64,000 nucleotides of DNA from an uncultured Gemmatimonadales bacterium (GTDB taxonomy: Bacteria; Gemmatimonadota; Gemmatimonadetes; Gemmatimonadales; GWC2-71-9). Below the pieces are notes generated by a model, which ran no database searches, was not told the DNA's origin, and worked only from the letters and a program-made list of their open reading frames with translations. Below are positions 38,970 through 48,805 of this stretch, one piece after another. Each line of letters starts with the position of its first letter. The stretch's first letter is position 1. Location of the stretch: NCBI GenBank assembly GCA_963779755.1, contig CAVZZO010000001.1, forward strand, positions 1,440,001 through 1,504,000. Direction: 5' to 3'. The translations under genes were made by a program, and so were the position numbers.

Positions 38970-41900
38970 GTCTGCCGCAGGTGGTGGAAGCGTTCGGGCG
39001 GGCACCCGGGGCGGGGGCGTTGCGGGAGCGATTGCCCGGCCGGGGGACCGCGCTGCCGGTCGGCGGACTGCCCGGGTCGAGCGGGGCGGTGCTGGCGGCA
39101 TGGCTGGCGCGACAGCTGCCACAGCGGCTGGTGGTCATTGTGGCGCCTACTCCCTCCGACGCGGAGCGCTGGCTCAGCGACCTGCAGGCCCTCACCGACG
39201 AGCCGGCCGGACTCTACCCGCAGCGGGAATCGCTGGGCGAGGAAGAGCCGCACCTGGAGATCGCGGGTGAACGGGTAGAAAATCTCGCGTCGCTGCTGCA
39301 GGGCCGTCTGCGGCTGCTGGTCACCACGGCGCGTGCCACCGCCGAGCGGACGGCGGTGCCGGCCACACTGGAGCGGCTGCGGCTCGACCTGCGCCCGGGG
39401 ACGCTGCACCCGCTACGCGAGGTCGTCGCGACGCTCGACACCATGGGCTATCAGCGGGTCCCCACGGTGACCGAAGTGGCCCAGTACAGTGTGCGCGGCG
39501 GTATCGTGGATGTCTACGGGTTCGGCATGGCGCAGCCGGCGCGCTGCGAGTATTGGGGCGACGACCTGCATTCGCTCCGCTCCTTCGACCTGACCACCCA
39601 GCGCTCGGGTGAGCCGCTGGACGCCGCCACGGTACTGCCGGTCCGCACCATCCAGCCGGCGGAAGCGCCGCCGGGCGGTGCGACGGTCCGCCGCACGCTG
39701 CTCGATCTGCTGCCGGCCGACACGCTGCTGGTCGAGGAGTCGGCCGGCCCGGTGGCCGACGAGGTGCTGCGGGCCTGGCGGGAAGCGGAGCATCATCTCG
39801 CGGTGGCGCGCCGGCTCGGCGAGGAGGTGCCCGACCGCACCGCGCTCTTCGTCGCGCCGGAGGACTGGTCGGTCCTGCGGGAGAGCTTCGGGCGGCTGGT
39901 GTTGAACCAGGAGGGCGGGGTGCAGCTCGGGTTCTTCCCTCCCGAGCCGGTGAACCGCGACCTCAACCGCCTGCGGGCGGTGCTGGCCGGCGAGCTGGCC
40001 ACCCTGGTGCTGTGCGACAACGAAGGACAGCTGGAACGCCTGGAGGAGTTGCTGAGCGAGGGGCGGCCCGGGTTCGGCGGCGGGTTGCAGGCGACGGCGG
40101 CCACGCTGGCGGTGGGGTCGCTCGACGGCGGCTTCGTGATGCCGACCCTGCGGGTGCTTACCGACCACGAAATCTTCCGGCGGGCGCGGCGGCTGCGCCG
40201 GCCCCGGCGCTACCGCGAGGCGGCGCCCTCGGCGGCCACCGGGACACTCAGTGTGGGCGACTACGTGGTGCACCTGGACCACGGGATCGGCATCTACCGG
40301 GGCATCGGCACCGTCAGTGTCGGCGGCGGCACGCTGGACGTCGCGGTGGTGGAATACGAGGGCGGCGACCGCCTGAACGTCCCGCTCTACCGGCTGGACC
40401 AGCTGGAGAAGTATCGCGCGTCGGGCGAGGACGGCGACCGGCCGCCGCCCCGCCTGCACAAGCTGGGGGGCTCCAGCTGGCAGCGGGTGCGGGAGCGCAC
40501 CCGGGAGGCCATCAAGGTGATGGCGGCCGAGCTGCTGGACCTCTATGCGCGGCGCACGGTTGCGGCGGGCTACGGGTTCCCGCCGGACACCCGCTGGCAG
40601 CGGGAGCTGGAATCCAGCTTCCTCTACGAGGACACGCCCGATCAGGTGCGGGCCACCGCCGAGGTCAAGGCCGACATGGAACGGCCGCGGCCGATGGACC
40701 GCCTGCTGGTGGGCGACGTCGGCTACGGCAAGACGGAAATCGCGGTGCGCGCGGCCTTCAAGGCGGTCCAGGGCGGGCGGCAGGTGGCGGTGCTGGTGCC
40801 CACCACCATTCTCGCCGAGCAGCACGGCCGCACTTTCCATGAGCGGCTGGCCGATTTCCCGGTGCAGGTGGAGGTGCTCTCGCGCTTCCGGACCGGCAAG
40901 GAACAGAAGCAGGCGCTGGCGCGCCTGGCGGACGGCCGGACGGATATCATCATCGGGACGCACCGGCTCCTGTCGAAGGATGTGCTGTTCAAGGATCTGG
41001 GGTTGCTCATCGTGGATGAGGAACACCGCTTCGGGGTGCGGCACAAGGAACGGCTCAAGGAGCTCAAGCTGACGGTGGACGTGCTCACCCTGACGGCGAC
41101 TCCCATTCCCCGTACCCTGCATCTCAGCCTCGCGGGTCTCCGCGACCTGACGCTGATCGAGACGCCGCCGCGCGATCGTTCGCCGGTGCTGACCTTCGTG
41201 GAGCCCTGGGATGACGGGCTGCTGGAGGAAGCCTTTGCCCGGGAGCTGGACCGTGGCGGCCAGGTGTTCGTGGTGCACAACCGGATCGAGACCATCGGCA
41301 CCATCACCGAGCGGGTGCGCACGCTGGCGCCCCGGGCCCGGGTGGGCATGGCGCACGGGCAGATGCCGGCCGACGCGCTGGACCGGGTCATGCGGGCGTT
41401 CGTGGCGGGCGAGGTGGACATCCTGGTCTCGACCATGATCGTGGAGTCGGGGCTGGATGTTCCCAATGCGAACACCATGGTCGTGCACGATGCGCACCGG
41501 TTCGGGCTGGCGCAGCTGTACCAGCTGCGGGGGCGGGTGGGGCGCAGCCACCGGCGGGCGTACTGCTATCTGCTGGTGCCGGACCAGATCGCCCTCGATG
41601 CGGAAGACCGGCTCAAGGTGCTGGAGCATCATACCGATCTGGGCGCCGGTTACCGGATCGCGCTGAAGGACCTGGAGCTGCGGGGTGCCGGCAATCTGCT
41701 GGGCGCCGAGCAGTCGGGGCACGCGCACGCGGTGGGGTTCGACCTGTATCTCCGCTGGCTGGAAGAGACCGTCCAGGCGCTGCGGGGCGGGGGCGCGGTG
41801 GAGGCGCCGGCGCCCCCCGAGGTAGTGCTGGACCGGCCCGCCAATCTGCCCGATGCCTGGGTGCCGGACGACGAGGCCAAGCTGGACCTGTACCGGCGAC

Positions 41901-42322
41901 TGGCGCGGGCGGGGTCATCGGGCGAAATTCAGGAGTTGCGTACGGAAATGCGTGAGCGGTTCGGGCCCCTTCCCGCGGAAGCAGAAACCCTGCTCAACAT
42001 GGCGCGGCTCCGGGTCCTGGGGGCGCGGCTCGGCCTCCAGCACGTGCTGGTTCGTGGGGACGAGGCGCGGCTCACCTTCCGGCAGGGGGCGGTGCCGCGG
42101 CTGGCCGGGCTGACGCAGGCGATGGACGATGTGCAGCTGGCGGCGGAAGTCCGCCGGGCAGTGCCCTTGTCGCTCCGGCTCCTGCGGCTGGGCGGCGAGG
42201 CGATCATTCCCGCCCTGGTGCGGGCGCTGTCGCGCGCGCTGCAGGAGGATGCTCCGGCCGGGCGGTCCGCGGCGAATGCCGGGCCCCGGCCGGGGGGAAC
42301 GAATGGCAGGACGGAAACCTGA
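38966..42322 (+). CDS. mfd: Transcription-repair coupling factor
   Basis: GDYVVHLDHGIG, GDVGYGKTE, VDEEHRFG, TATPIPRTL, QLRGRVGRS and DLELRGAGNLLG. Confidence 0.97.
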   Translation: MSLPQVVEAFGRAPGAGALRERLPGRGTALPVGGLPGSSGAVLAAWLARQLPQRLVVIVAPTPSDAERWLSDLQALTDEPAGLYPQRESLGEEEPHLEIAGERVENLASLLQGRLRLLVTTARATAERTAVPATLERLRLDLRPGTLHPLREVVATLDTMGYQRVPTVTEVAQYSVRGGIVDVYGFGMAQPARCEYWGDDLHSLRSFDLTTQRSGEPLDAATVLPVRTIQPAEAPPGGATVRRTLLDLLPADTLLVEESAGPVADEVLRAWREAEHHLAVARRLGEEVPDRTALFVAPEDWSVLRESFGRLVLNQEGGVQLGFFPPEPVNRDLNRLRAVLAGELATLVLCDNEGQLERLEELLSEGRPGFGGGLQATAATLAVGSLDGGFVMPTLRVLTDHEIFRRARRLRRPRRYREAAPSAATGTLSVGDYVVHLDHGIGIYRGIGTVSVGGGTLDVAVVEYEGGDRLNVPLYRLDQLEKYRASGEDGDRPPPRLHKLGGSSWQRVRERTREAIKVMAAELLDLYARRTVAAGYGFPPDTRWQRELESSFLYEDTPDQVRATAEVKADMERPRPMDRLLVGDVGYGKTEIAVRAAFKAVQGGRQVAVLVPTTILAEQHGRTFHERLADFPVQVEVLSRFRTGKEQKQALARLADGRTDIIIGTHRLLSKDVLFKDLGLLIVDEEHRFGVRHKERLKELKLTVDVLTLTATPIPRTLHLSLAGLRDLTLIETPPRDRSPVLTFVEPWDDGLLEEAFARELDRGGQVFVVHNRIETIGTITERVRTLAPRARVGMAHGQMPADALDRVMRAFVAGEVDILVSTMIVESGLDVPNANTMVVHDAHRFGLAQLYQLRGRVGRSHRRAYCYLLVPDQIALDAEDRLKVLEHHTDLGAGYRIALKDLELRGAGNLLGAEQSGHAHAVGFDLYLRWLEETVQALRGGGAVEAPAPPEVVLDRPANLPDAWVPDDEAKLDLYRRLARAGSSGEIQELRTEMRERFGPLPAEAETLLNMARLRVLGARLGLQHVLVRGDEARLTFRQGAVPRLAGLTQAMDDVQLAAEVRRAVPLSLRLLRLGGEAIIPALVRALSRALQEDAPAGRSAANAGPRPGGTNGRTET

Positions 42323-42333
42323 GAGGAGTGTAC

Positions 42334-43830
42334 ATGCGGAAAGCATGGCTGATGCTGGGAGTGCTGGTGCTGGCGGGCTGCAATGGCGATCTATTCCGGG
42401 CGCACGCCGATGTGGCGGCGACGGCCGCGGGCCAGGAGCTCTCGGCCGACCGGCTGGGGACGTTGCTGTCTTCGACCAAGGGCCTCAAGGTGAACAACGA
42501 GGCAGCCGAGTTCCTGGCCAACGTCTGGATCGACTACACGCTGTTCGCCCATGAACTGGTGGCCGGCGATTCCCTGACCGACTCGACCCGCACGGTGGCC
42601 ACCATGTGGCCTCAGATCGCGGAGATCGAGAGCCAGCGCCTGTTCGATACGCTGCTGAGCCGCCGGGCAGAGACTTTCTCCGCGGCGGCGGCCGACAGCG
42701 CGTATCGCGCGGGGGACATCCGCGCGGTGCAGCACATCCTCTTCGGCGTGCAGCCCAACGCCCAGCCGCCGGCCCGGGCCGAGGCCAGGCGGAAGGCCGA
42801 GACGGCGCTGACGCGCATCCGCAGCGGGGCGGACTTCGGCAGCATCGCGATGGAGCAGAGCCAGGATTTCCAGAGTGCGCGCGACAGCGGCTGGCTGCCG
42901 GCGGGCCCGAAGGGCCGGTTCGTCACCGCCTTCGACAGCGCGGCCTACAGCCTGAAGCCGGGCGAGACCAGCAATCTGGTCGTGACGCCCTACGGCTTCC
43001 ACATCATCCGGCGTCCCGACATGGCCACGGCGCGCCCCCGCATGATCCAGTACCTGCGGCAGAGTATGGAGGATCAGCTCGATTCGCTGGTGCGGGACTC
43101 CCTCACCCGGGCCGACAAGCTCGAGGTGGCGAGCTCGGCGGTGAAACGGGCCCGGAGCGCCCTGGACGATCCGCAGGGGCAGCGGAATTCGGGGGAGACG
43201 CTGGTGAGCTACCAGGGCGGAAAGTTCACCGTGGCGGACTTCCTGCGCTGGGTCTATGCCATGCCGCCGCAGTTCGTTCCGCAGGTCAAGCAGGCGCCGG
43301 ACGAAGACCTGGTCAAGTTCCTGACCATCCTGGCTCAGAACGAGCTCCTGCTGCGCGTGGCCGATTCCACCGGTGTCCGGCTGACCCCGGAGGAATGGGC
43401 CGGTATCCGGCAGCAGCAGGCGCTGACGATCGACACGCTGCGGACCACGCTCAACCTGGGCAGCGCGATCACCGATACGTCGGTCAGCGCGTCCGAGCGG
43501 CAGAAGATCGCCGCCATGCGGCTGGATGCCTACTTCGACAGCGTGGTCGCGGGAACGGCGCGGCTGCGCCGGGTGCCGCCGCCGCTCAGCGCAGCGCTCC
43601 GAACCGATGGCAAGTACCGGGTCAACCAGGCGGGGATCGCCCGTGCGGTCGAGCTGGCCGAGGCCGACCAGGCGAAGCGGGACAGCGTCCAGGGCGGCCC
43701 GCGTCCTCCGGGGCTGCAGCCGGCGCCCGGCGGCGCCCCGATTCCCGGGGCGGGTACCCCGGCAGACACCGTCCGCCGCGGCAGCGCCGGCGCGGGCGGA
43801 AGCACCACCGGGACGAAGGGCGGCAGATGA
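42334..43830 (+). CDS. Parvulin-type peptidyl-prolyl isomerase lipoprotein
   Basis: Lipobox LAGC; VQHIL...FVTAFDSAAYSLKPGETS...TPYGFHII. Confidence 0.85.
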   Translation: MRKAWLMLGVLVLAGCNGDLFRAHADVAATAAGQELSADRLGTLLSSTKGLKVNNEAAEFLANVWIDYTLFAHELVAGDSLTDSTRTVATMWPQIAEIESQRLFDTLLSRRAETFSAAAADSAYRAGDIRAVQHILFGVQPNAQPPARAEARRKAETALTRIRSGADFGSIAMEQSQDFQSARDSGWLPAGPKGRFVTAFDSAAYSLKPGETSNLVVTPYGFHIIRRPDMATARPRMIQYLRQSMEDQLDSLVRDSLTRADKLEVASSAVKRARSALDDPQGQRNSGETLVSYQGGKFTVADFLRWVYAMPPQFVPQVKQAPDEDLVKFLTILAQNELLLRVADSTGVRLTPEEWAGIRQQQALTIDTLRTTLNLGSAITDTSVSASERQKIAAMRLDAYFDSVVAGTARLRRVPPPLSAALRTDGKYRVNQAGIARAVELAEADQAKRDSVQGGPRPPGLQPAPGGAPIPGAGTPADTVRRGSAGAGGSTTGTKGGR

Positions 43831-45185
43831 TGCGGCAGCTGGCAACCGCCGCCTTCATGGCGGCGGCTCTGGCCGGGGCAACCCCCGCCGCTGCGCAGCA
43901 GACGGCGGCGCCGCTGCCCCTGCCGGACGATACGACGGCAGTCGTGGACCGGGTCCTGGCGGTGGTCGGGAACGACGTGATCCTCCGGTCCCAGGTGGAC
44001 GAAGAAATCTTCAAGCAGCAGGGGCAGGGAATGCCGCTGCCCACCGACCCCGACTCGCTGCACCAGTACCGGCAGAAGGTCCTGAGCGATCTGATTGACG
44101 AGTCGCTGCTGGTGCAGCAGGCGGAGCGCGATACGGCGATCCACGTGACCGACCAGGACGTGGCCGAAGCGGTAGACCAGCAGGTCCGCTATATCCGGCG
44201 GCAGCTGCCCTCCGAGCTGGAGTACAAGAACGAGCTGCGCAAGGCGGGATTCCAGACGCCGGAGGAGTATCGCCGGTGGCTGAGCGAGGACCAGCGCAAG
44301 CAGCTGCTGCGGCAGAAGTACATCGCCAAGCTGGAGCAGGAAGGCAAGCTCGACCCGGTGCAGCCCACGGATGCGGAGATGCGGCAGTACTTCGAAGAGC
44401 AGAAGGCCTCGCTGCCCGAGGAGAACCGCAAGCGGCCGGCTACCATCACCTGGCAGCAGATCGTACTGGCGCCCCAACCGAGCGACTCGGCCAGGGAGCG
44501 ATCGCGACGGCTGGCCGATTCCATCGTGACCGCGCTCCGCGGCGGGGCCGATTTCGCCACGGCCGCCAAGCGTTTCAGCGACGATCCGGGCACCCGCGAC
44601 AAGGGCGGCGAGCTGGGCTGGTTCCGGCGTGAGGCGATGATCCCGGAGTTCAGCCGGGTGGCGTTTCTGCTTCGACCGGGCCAGATCTCCGACCCGGTGG
44701 AGAGCCCCTTCGGCTTCCACATTATCCAGGTGCAGCGGGCGCAGCCGACTGAAGTCCAGGCCCGGCACATCCTGATCATGCCGGAGATCACCCAGGGCGA
44801 GGCGGACAGCGCGCGGGCCATGGCCGACAGCATCGCCGCCCTGGTGCGCTCGGGCGCTTCCGTGGACAGCCTGCAGCGCATCTACCACGATCGCTCGGAA
44901 GTCAAGAACGTGGAGGATGTGCCGGTCGATAATCTGCCGGAGGCGTATGCCAAGGCACTGGCCGACGCCGATTCCGGCCAGGTGCTGGTGGTGCCGATTC
45001 CGGCACAGCCCGCCACCCGCACCAAGTACGCGGTCGTGCTGGTGGGCGTGCGAACCCCGCCGGGCGAGATCACCTACCAGGACTACAAGGACCAGATCCG
45101 CTCGGCGCTGGCGAAGGACCTGGCGGTGCGCCGCTTCATCGCCCGCCTGCGCGCCTCGAACTACGTGGAGGTGCGCCCCACGTGA
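43827..45185 (+). CDS. surA: SurA-like periplasmic chaperone/PPIase
   Basis: VDRVLAVVGNDVILRS, GGELGWF, ESPFGFHII; lies immediately before pdxA. Confidence 0.82.
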   Translation: MMRQLATAAFMAAALAGATPAAAQQTAAPLPLPDDTTAVVDRVLAVVGNDVILRSQVDEEIFKQQGQGMPLPTDPDSLHQYRQKVLSDLIDESLLVQQAERDTAIHVTDQDVAEAVDQQVRYIRRQLPSELEYKNELRKAGFQTPEEYRRWLSEDQRKQLLRQKYIAKLEQEGKLDPVQPTDAEMRQYFEEQKASLPEENRKRPATITWQQIVLAPQPSDSARERSRRLADSIVTALRGGADFATAAKRFSDDPGTRDKGGELGWFRREAMIPEFSRVAFLLRPGQISDPVESPFGFHIIQVQRAQPTEVQARHILIMPEITQGEADSARAMADSIAALVRSGASVDSLQRIYHDRSEVKNVEDVPVDNLPEAYAKALADADSGQVLVVPIPAQPATRTKYAVVLVGVRTPPGEITYQDYKDQIRSALAKDLAVRRFIARLRASNYVEVRPT

Positions 45186-46153
45186 GGCCTCGCCTGGCGG
45201 TTACGCTGGGCGACCCCCGTGGCATCGGGCCGGAGATCGCCGCGGCGGCGCTCCGCTCTCCCCTGGAGGCCGAGGTCACGGTGATCGGGGCCGAGGACCA
45301 GGTCGCCGCCGTCCCGGCGGATCACCGGATCAGCCTCGGCCCCTGGCACCTGGGCAGCGGCGAGTCTCCCGCCGGCGAGCAGGGCCACAGCCGGACCATC
45401 CGTGCCGGGCGCCTCGCGGGCCACGCCATCGAGACGGCGGCCCGCATGGCGATGGCGGGCGAGGTCGACGGCATCGTGACGGCTCCCATCAACAAGTACG
45501 CGGTGCAACTGGCCGGATTTCCCTGGCCCGGGCATACCGAGTGGCTGGCGCATCTGGCCGGCGATGTCCCCGTCGCCATGATGCTGGCAGCCGACCGGTT
45601 GCGGGTCGTCCTGGTCACCATTCATGTCGCCCTGCGGGACGTGCCGGCCCTGCTCACCGGCGACCGGGTGGTGCGCACCGGACGCATCACCCGCGAGGCG
45701 CTCACCCGATGGTTCGGCATCGCCGAGCCCCGGCTGGCGCTGTGCGCGCTCAACCCGCACGCGGGGGAACAGGGGCTGTTCGGCGACGAAGAAGCCCGGA
45801 TCCTGGCGCCGGCGGCGCGCGAGCTGGGTGCGGCGGGGCCGTTGCCGGCCGACACGGTATTCGTGCGGGCCATGCGGGGCGAGTTCGACGCGGTGCTGGC
45901 GCCCTATCACGACGTGGGAATGACGGCGATCAAGGTGGCGGCCTTCGGCCACGGGGTGAACGTGACACTGGGGCTCCCGTTCCCCCGTACCTCGCCCGAT
46001 CACGGGACCGCACTGGATATCGCGGGGCGGGGCACCGCGGATCCGGGGAGCATGCGGAAGGCACTGGAGATGGCGGTGGGGATGGCCAGGGACAAGGAAT
46101 CAGGAATCGGGAATCAGGGGGTGGACGGGCGTTCCTCCATTCCTGATTCCTGA
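45182..46153 (+). CDS. pdxA: 4-hydroxythreonine-4-phosphate dehydrogenase
   Basis: TLGDPRGIGPE, TAPINK, GHTE, LNPHAGE and RTSPDHGTALDIAG. Confidence 0.95.
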   Translation: MRPRLAVTLGDPRGIGPEIAAAALRSPLEAEVTVIGAEDQVAAVPADHRISLGPWHLGSGESPAGEQGHSRTIRAGRLAGHAIETAARMAMAGEVDGIVTAPINKYAVQLAGFPWPGHTEWLAHLAGDVPVAMMLAADRLRVVLVTIHVALRDVPALLTGDRVVRTGRITREALTRWFGIAEPRLALCALNPHAGEQGLFGDEEARILAPAARELGAAGPLPADTVFVRAMRGEFDAVLAPYHDVGMTAIKVAAFGHGVNVTLGLPFPRTSPDHGTALDIAGRGTADPGSMRKALEMAVGMARDKESGIGNQGVDGRSSIPDS

Positions 46154-46154
46154 T
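46096..46154. repeat. Inverted heptamer arrays (GGAATCR / ATTCCTG) in the pdxA 3' end
   Basis: GGAATCA GGAATCG GGAATCA ... ATTCCTG ATTCCTG; the array supplies the pdxA stop codon. Confidence 0.7.
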
Positions 46155-46165
46155 GCCCGGTCCCT

Positions 46166-47527
46166 TTACAAGCGCCGCGACGTCCGGCGCGATGGTTTCG
46201 CCGTGGGGATCTCCGCGGGGAGCACCTTGGTCACCCGCACCCGCTTGACCCGCCGCCCGTCCATTTCCGTCACTTCGAAGGTGAACCCCTGGGCGGTGAC
46301 GCTGTCGCCGGTGCGCGGCAGCCGGCCGATGCAGCCAAAGACGTATCCGCCCAGCGTGGTGTATTCCGAGTCGTCCAGATCGGCGGAGAGCTCGTCGTTG
46401 AAATCGCTGATCGGCATGGCGCCGTCAACCTCGGGCGCCCCCTGCGCCGGACGGACCGGCTCGGGCCGGTCGTATTCATCGTAGATCTGCCCGACGATTT
46501 CCTCCAGCAAGTCCTCCATGGTGACCAGGCCGGCGGTCCCGCCGTACTCGTCCAGCACGATGGCCATGTGGATCTTGATGCGCTTCATATCGGCCAGCAC
46601 ATCCTCGACCTCGCGGGTGCCCGGCACGAACAGCGGCGGGCGCATGATGTCGGAGATCCGCTGCCCCGGCGTGGAGCGGATGGCGGTGAGAATGTCCTTG
46701 CTGTGCACGATACCGACGATATCGTCGATCGAGCCGGCATAGACCGGATAGCGCGAACGCCGGGCGGAGACCACTTCGTCGGCCGCTTCCTCGACGGTGA
46801 TGTCGCTGGCGAGGGCAGTCATCTGGGTCCGGGGAGTCATGACTTCCTGGGCGGTCTTCTCCGTGAATTCAAAGACTCCTTCCAGCAGCCGCGCGTCCTG
46901 CTGCTGCAGGCTTCCGCCCTCCTGGCTCTGTTCCACCAGCATCCGGATCTCTTCCGGTGAATGGAGCCGTTCCCGCTCCCGGGGCCGGGGGATGCGGAGC
47001 AGACGGAGGAGCGCATTGGCCGTCCCGTTCAGGACGGCGATCGGGGCGGCCATGATCCAGCTGAAGCCGAGCAGGGGGCCGGCCACCCAGGCGCCGATCA
47101 CCTCCGGGTAGAGCAGAGCCAGGCCCTTGGGTACCAGTTCGCCCAGAATGATATGCAGCATGGTGATGAGGACGAACGCGACCGTCACCGCCACCGTGTG
47201 GGTGGCGATGGTGGCCAGTGCCCCCGGCAACCGGGCGAAGCCGCCCTGGAGCAGGCTGGCCAGCGCCGGCTCGCCGATCCAGCCCAGTCCCAGGGATGCC
47301 AGGGTAATGCCGAGCTGGGTGGCGGAGATATAGCGGTCGAGGTGCTGGAGGGCCCGGCGGGCGAGCCCGGCGCGGCGATTGCCGTTCCGGACCATCTCGT
47401 CGAGCCGGGTCTTGCGGGCGCCCACCAGGGCAAATTCGGCGGCCACGAAGAAGGCGTTGGCGAGGACCAGGATCAGGACCGCCAGCAGGCCGCCGGCCAC
47501 GGGGAAGCTACTCGAGGGGTCGTCCAT
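46166..47527 (-). CDS. HlyC/CorC (CNNM-CBS-CorC) family transporter
   Basis: FFVAAEFALV, QLGITLASLGLG, GELVPK, VMTPR and DEYGGTAGLVTMEDLLEEIVG. Confidence 0.93.
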   Translation of the reverse strand: MDDPSSSFPVAGGLLAVLILVLANAFFVAAEFALVGARKTRLDEMVRNGNRRAGLARRALQHLDRYISATQLGITLASLGLGWIGEPALASLLQGGFARLPGALATIATHTVAVTVAFVLITMLHIILGELVPKGLALLYPEVIGAWVAGPLLGFSWIMAAPIAVLNGTANALLRLLRIPRPRERERLHSPEEIRMLVEQSQEGGSLQQQDARLLEGVFEFTEKTAQEVMTPRTQMTALASDITVEEAADEVVSARRSRYPVYAGSIDDIVGIVHSKDILTAIRSTPGQRISDIMRPPLFVPGTREVEDVLADMKRIKIHMAIVLDEYGGTAGLVTMEDLLEEIVGQIYDEYDRPEPVRPAQGAPEVDGAMPISDFNDELSADLDDSEYTTLGGYVFGCIGRLPRTGDSVTAQGFTFEVTEMDGRRVKRVRVTKVLPAEIPTAKPSRRTSRRL

Positions 47528-47587
47528 AGCTCTAACTGTATTGCCGCCCGGGAGTAACCGCGAGGGCCGCGCTCCGGCGGGGTGATC

Positions 47588-47625
47588 TAACGCCTTGATT
47601 GCCAAGGGGTAAGCCCCCGTATATT
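47588..47625. promoter_or_regulatory. IHF-consensus site and -10 box in a divergent intergenic region
   Basis: Minus-strand AATCAAGGCGTTA (47588-47600) matches WATCAANNNNTTR. TATATT (47620-47625) lies 5 nt before the CDF ATG. Confidence 0.45.
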
Positions 47626-47630
47626 AGGGC

Positions 47631-48548
47631 ATGCAAACGCTTGACGACGCGGGCTGCACCGCGACGCCGCAGCCGCGGACCACGCGGCGCCTCTGGCTGG
47701 TGCTGGCGCTGACCGGCGGGTTCATGCTGGTGGAGGTCGCCGGCGGCTACCTGAGCGGATCGCTGGCTCTGCTGGCGGATGCGGGGCACATGCTGACCGA
47801 CGTGGCGGCTATCGGCCTGTCGCTGTTTTCGGCGGGAATGGCGCGCCGCCCGGCGGACGTGAACAAGACCTACGGCTATCTCCGCTACGAGATCCTGGCC
47901 GCCCTGGTCAACGGGGCGGCCCTGCTGGGCCTTACCGTCTGGATCGTCATCGAGGCGGTGCACCGGCTGGGCGCGCCGCAGCCGGTACAGGGGTGGATCT
48001 TCCTGGGGGTGGCCTCGGCCGGGCTGGTCGTGAACCTGATCGGCGTGGCGGTCATGCACGGGATTTCCCGCGCCAATCTCAACTCGCGCGGGGTCTACCT
48101 GCATCTGCTGGGCGACGCGCTGGGCTCGGTCGGTGCGCTGGCGGCGGCGGCGATCATTCTGCTCACGGGCTGGACCCCGGCGGACCCGATCGTGTCGGTG
48201 CTGATCGGCGGGCTGATCGTGATCGGCGCGTGGCGCCTGGTGCGGGAGAGTGTGGACGTGCTGCTCGAGGCGGTGCCCCCCGGCGTTTCCCTGACGGACG
48301 TGCGGCAGCGGGTGCTTGGCGTGGACGGCGTCTCCGGGGTGCACGACCTGCACGTCTGGACGGTGGGCAGCGGCATGGTGGCGATGAGCGGCCACGCGGT
48401 GGTTCCCGATCTCCAGGCCCACCCCGACGTGCTGGACGAGATCCGCTCCGGCATGTCTGCCCTGGGGATCGACCATGTCACGGTGCAGATCGAGGTGGCG
48501 CACCGGTGCGAGGAGCCGGCCGAACATCATGCGCGCCGAGCGGGGTAG
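47631..48548 (+). CDS. Cation diffusion facilitator (CzcD/ZitB-like Zn/Co/Cd exporter)
   Basis: [26 protein letters not shown] and HVTVQIE. Confidence 0.93.
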   Translation: MQTLDDAGCTATPQPRTTRRLWLVLALTGGFMLVEVAGGYLSGSLALLADAGHMLTDVAAIGLSLFSAGMARRPADVNKTYGYLRYEILAALVNGAALLGLTVWIVIEAVHRLGAPQPVQGWIFLGVASAGLVVNLIGVAVMHGISRANLNSRGVYLHLLGDALGSVGALAAAAIILLTGWTPADPIVSVLIGGLIVIGAWRLVRESVDVLLEAVPPGVSLTDVRQRVLGVDGVSGVHDLHVWTVGSGMVAMSGHAVVPDLQAHPDVLDEIRSGMSALGIDHVTVQIEVAHRCEEPAEHHARRAG

Positions 48549-48805
48549 CGCAGGAGGCTGGTGAGGCAGTGTCGCGCCGGGGTGAGGCGTGAGGCGTGAG
48601 GGGTTGCGTCTTGCCTGCAGGGGGCGCCGGCACCCGCGTTTTCCAGCCCGGCTTCCGCCTTTTTTCCCTCTCTTGCGGTCCGACGGAGCCCCGTCTATAT
48701 ATGCCGCGCGGAGACCCGGCCGGCGGCGTCACAGCGCCGGCCGCGCGACTCTCCGCCCCCGGGGTCGACCCGGTGTCCAGCGGCATTCGGGAGAGGTGAG
48801 CAGGC

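Noticed and set aside
2153..42322. Dedicated DNA-repair island (Fpg-like, alkA, uvrA, nfo, mfd)
   Set aside because: The genes are dispersed among unrelated ones on both strands, and I saw no shared operator.
42606..45185. Apparent 859-aa SurA
   Set aside because: The extension is out of frame over the upstream PPIase. The signal peptide starts at 43827/43830.
48549..48805. Riboswitch in the typA leader
   Set aside because: GC-rich stems and a weak TTGCGG-N17-TATATA promoter are present, but I recognise no aptamer consensus.
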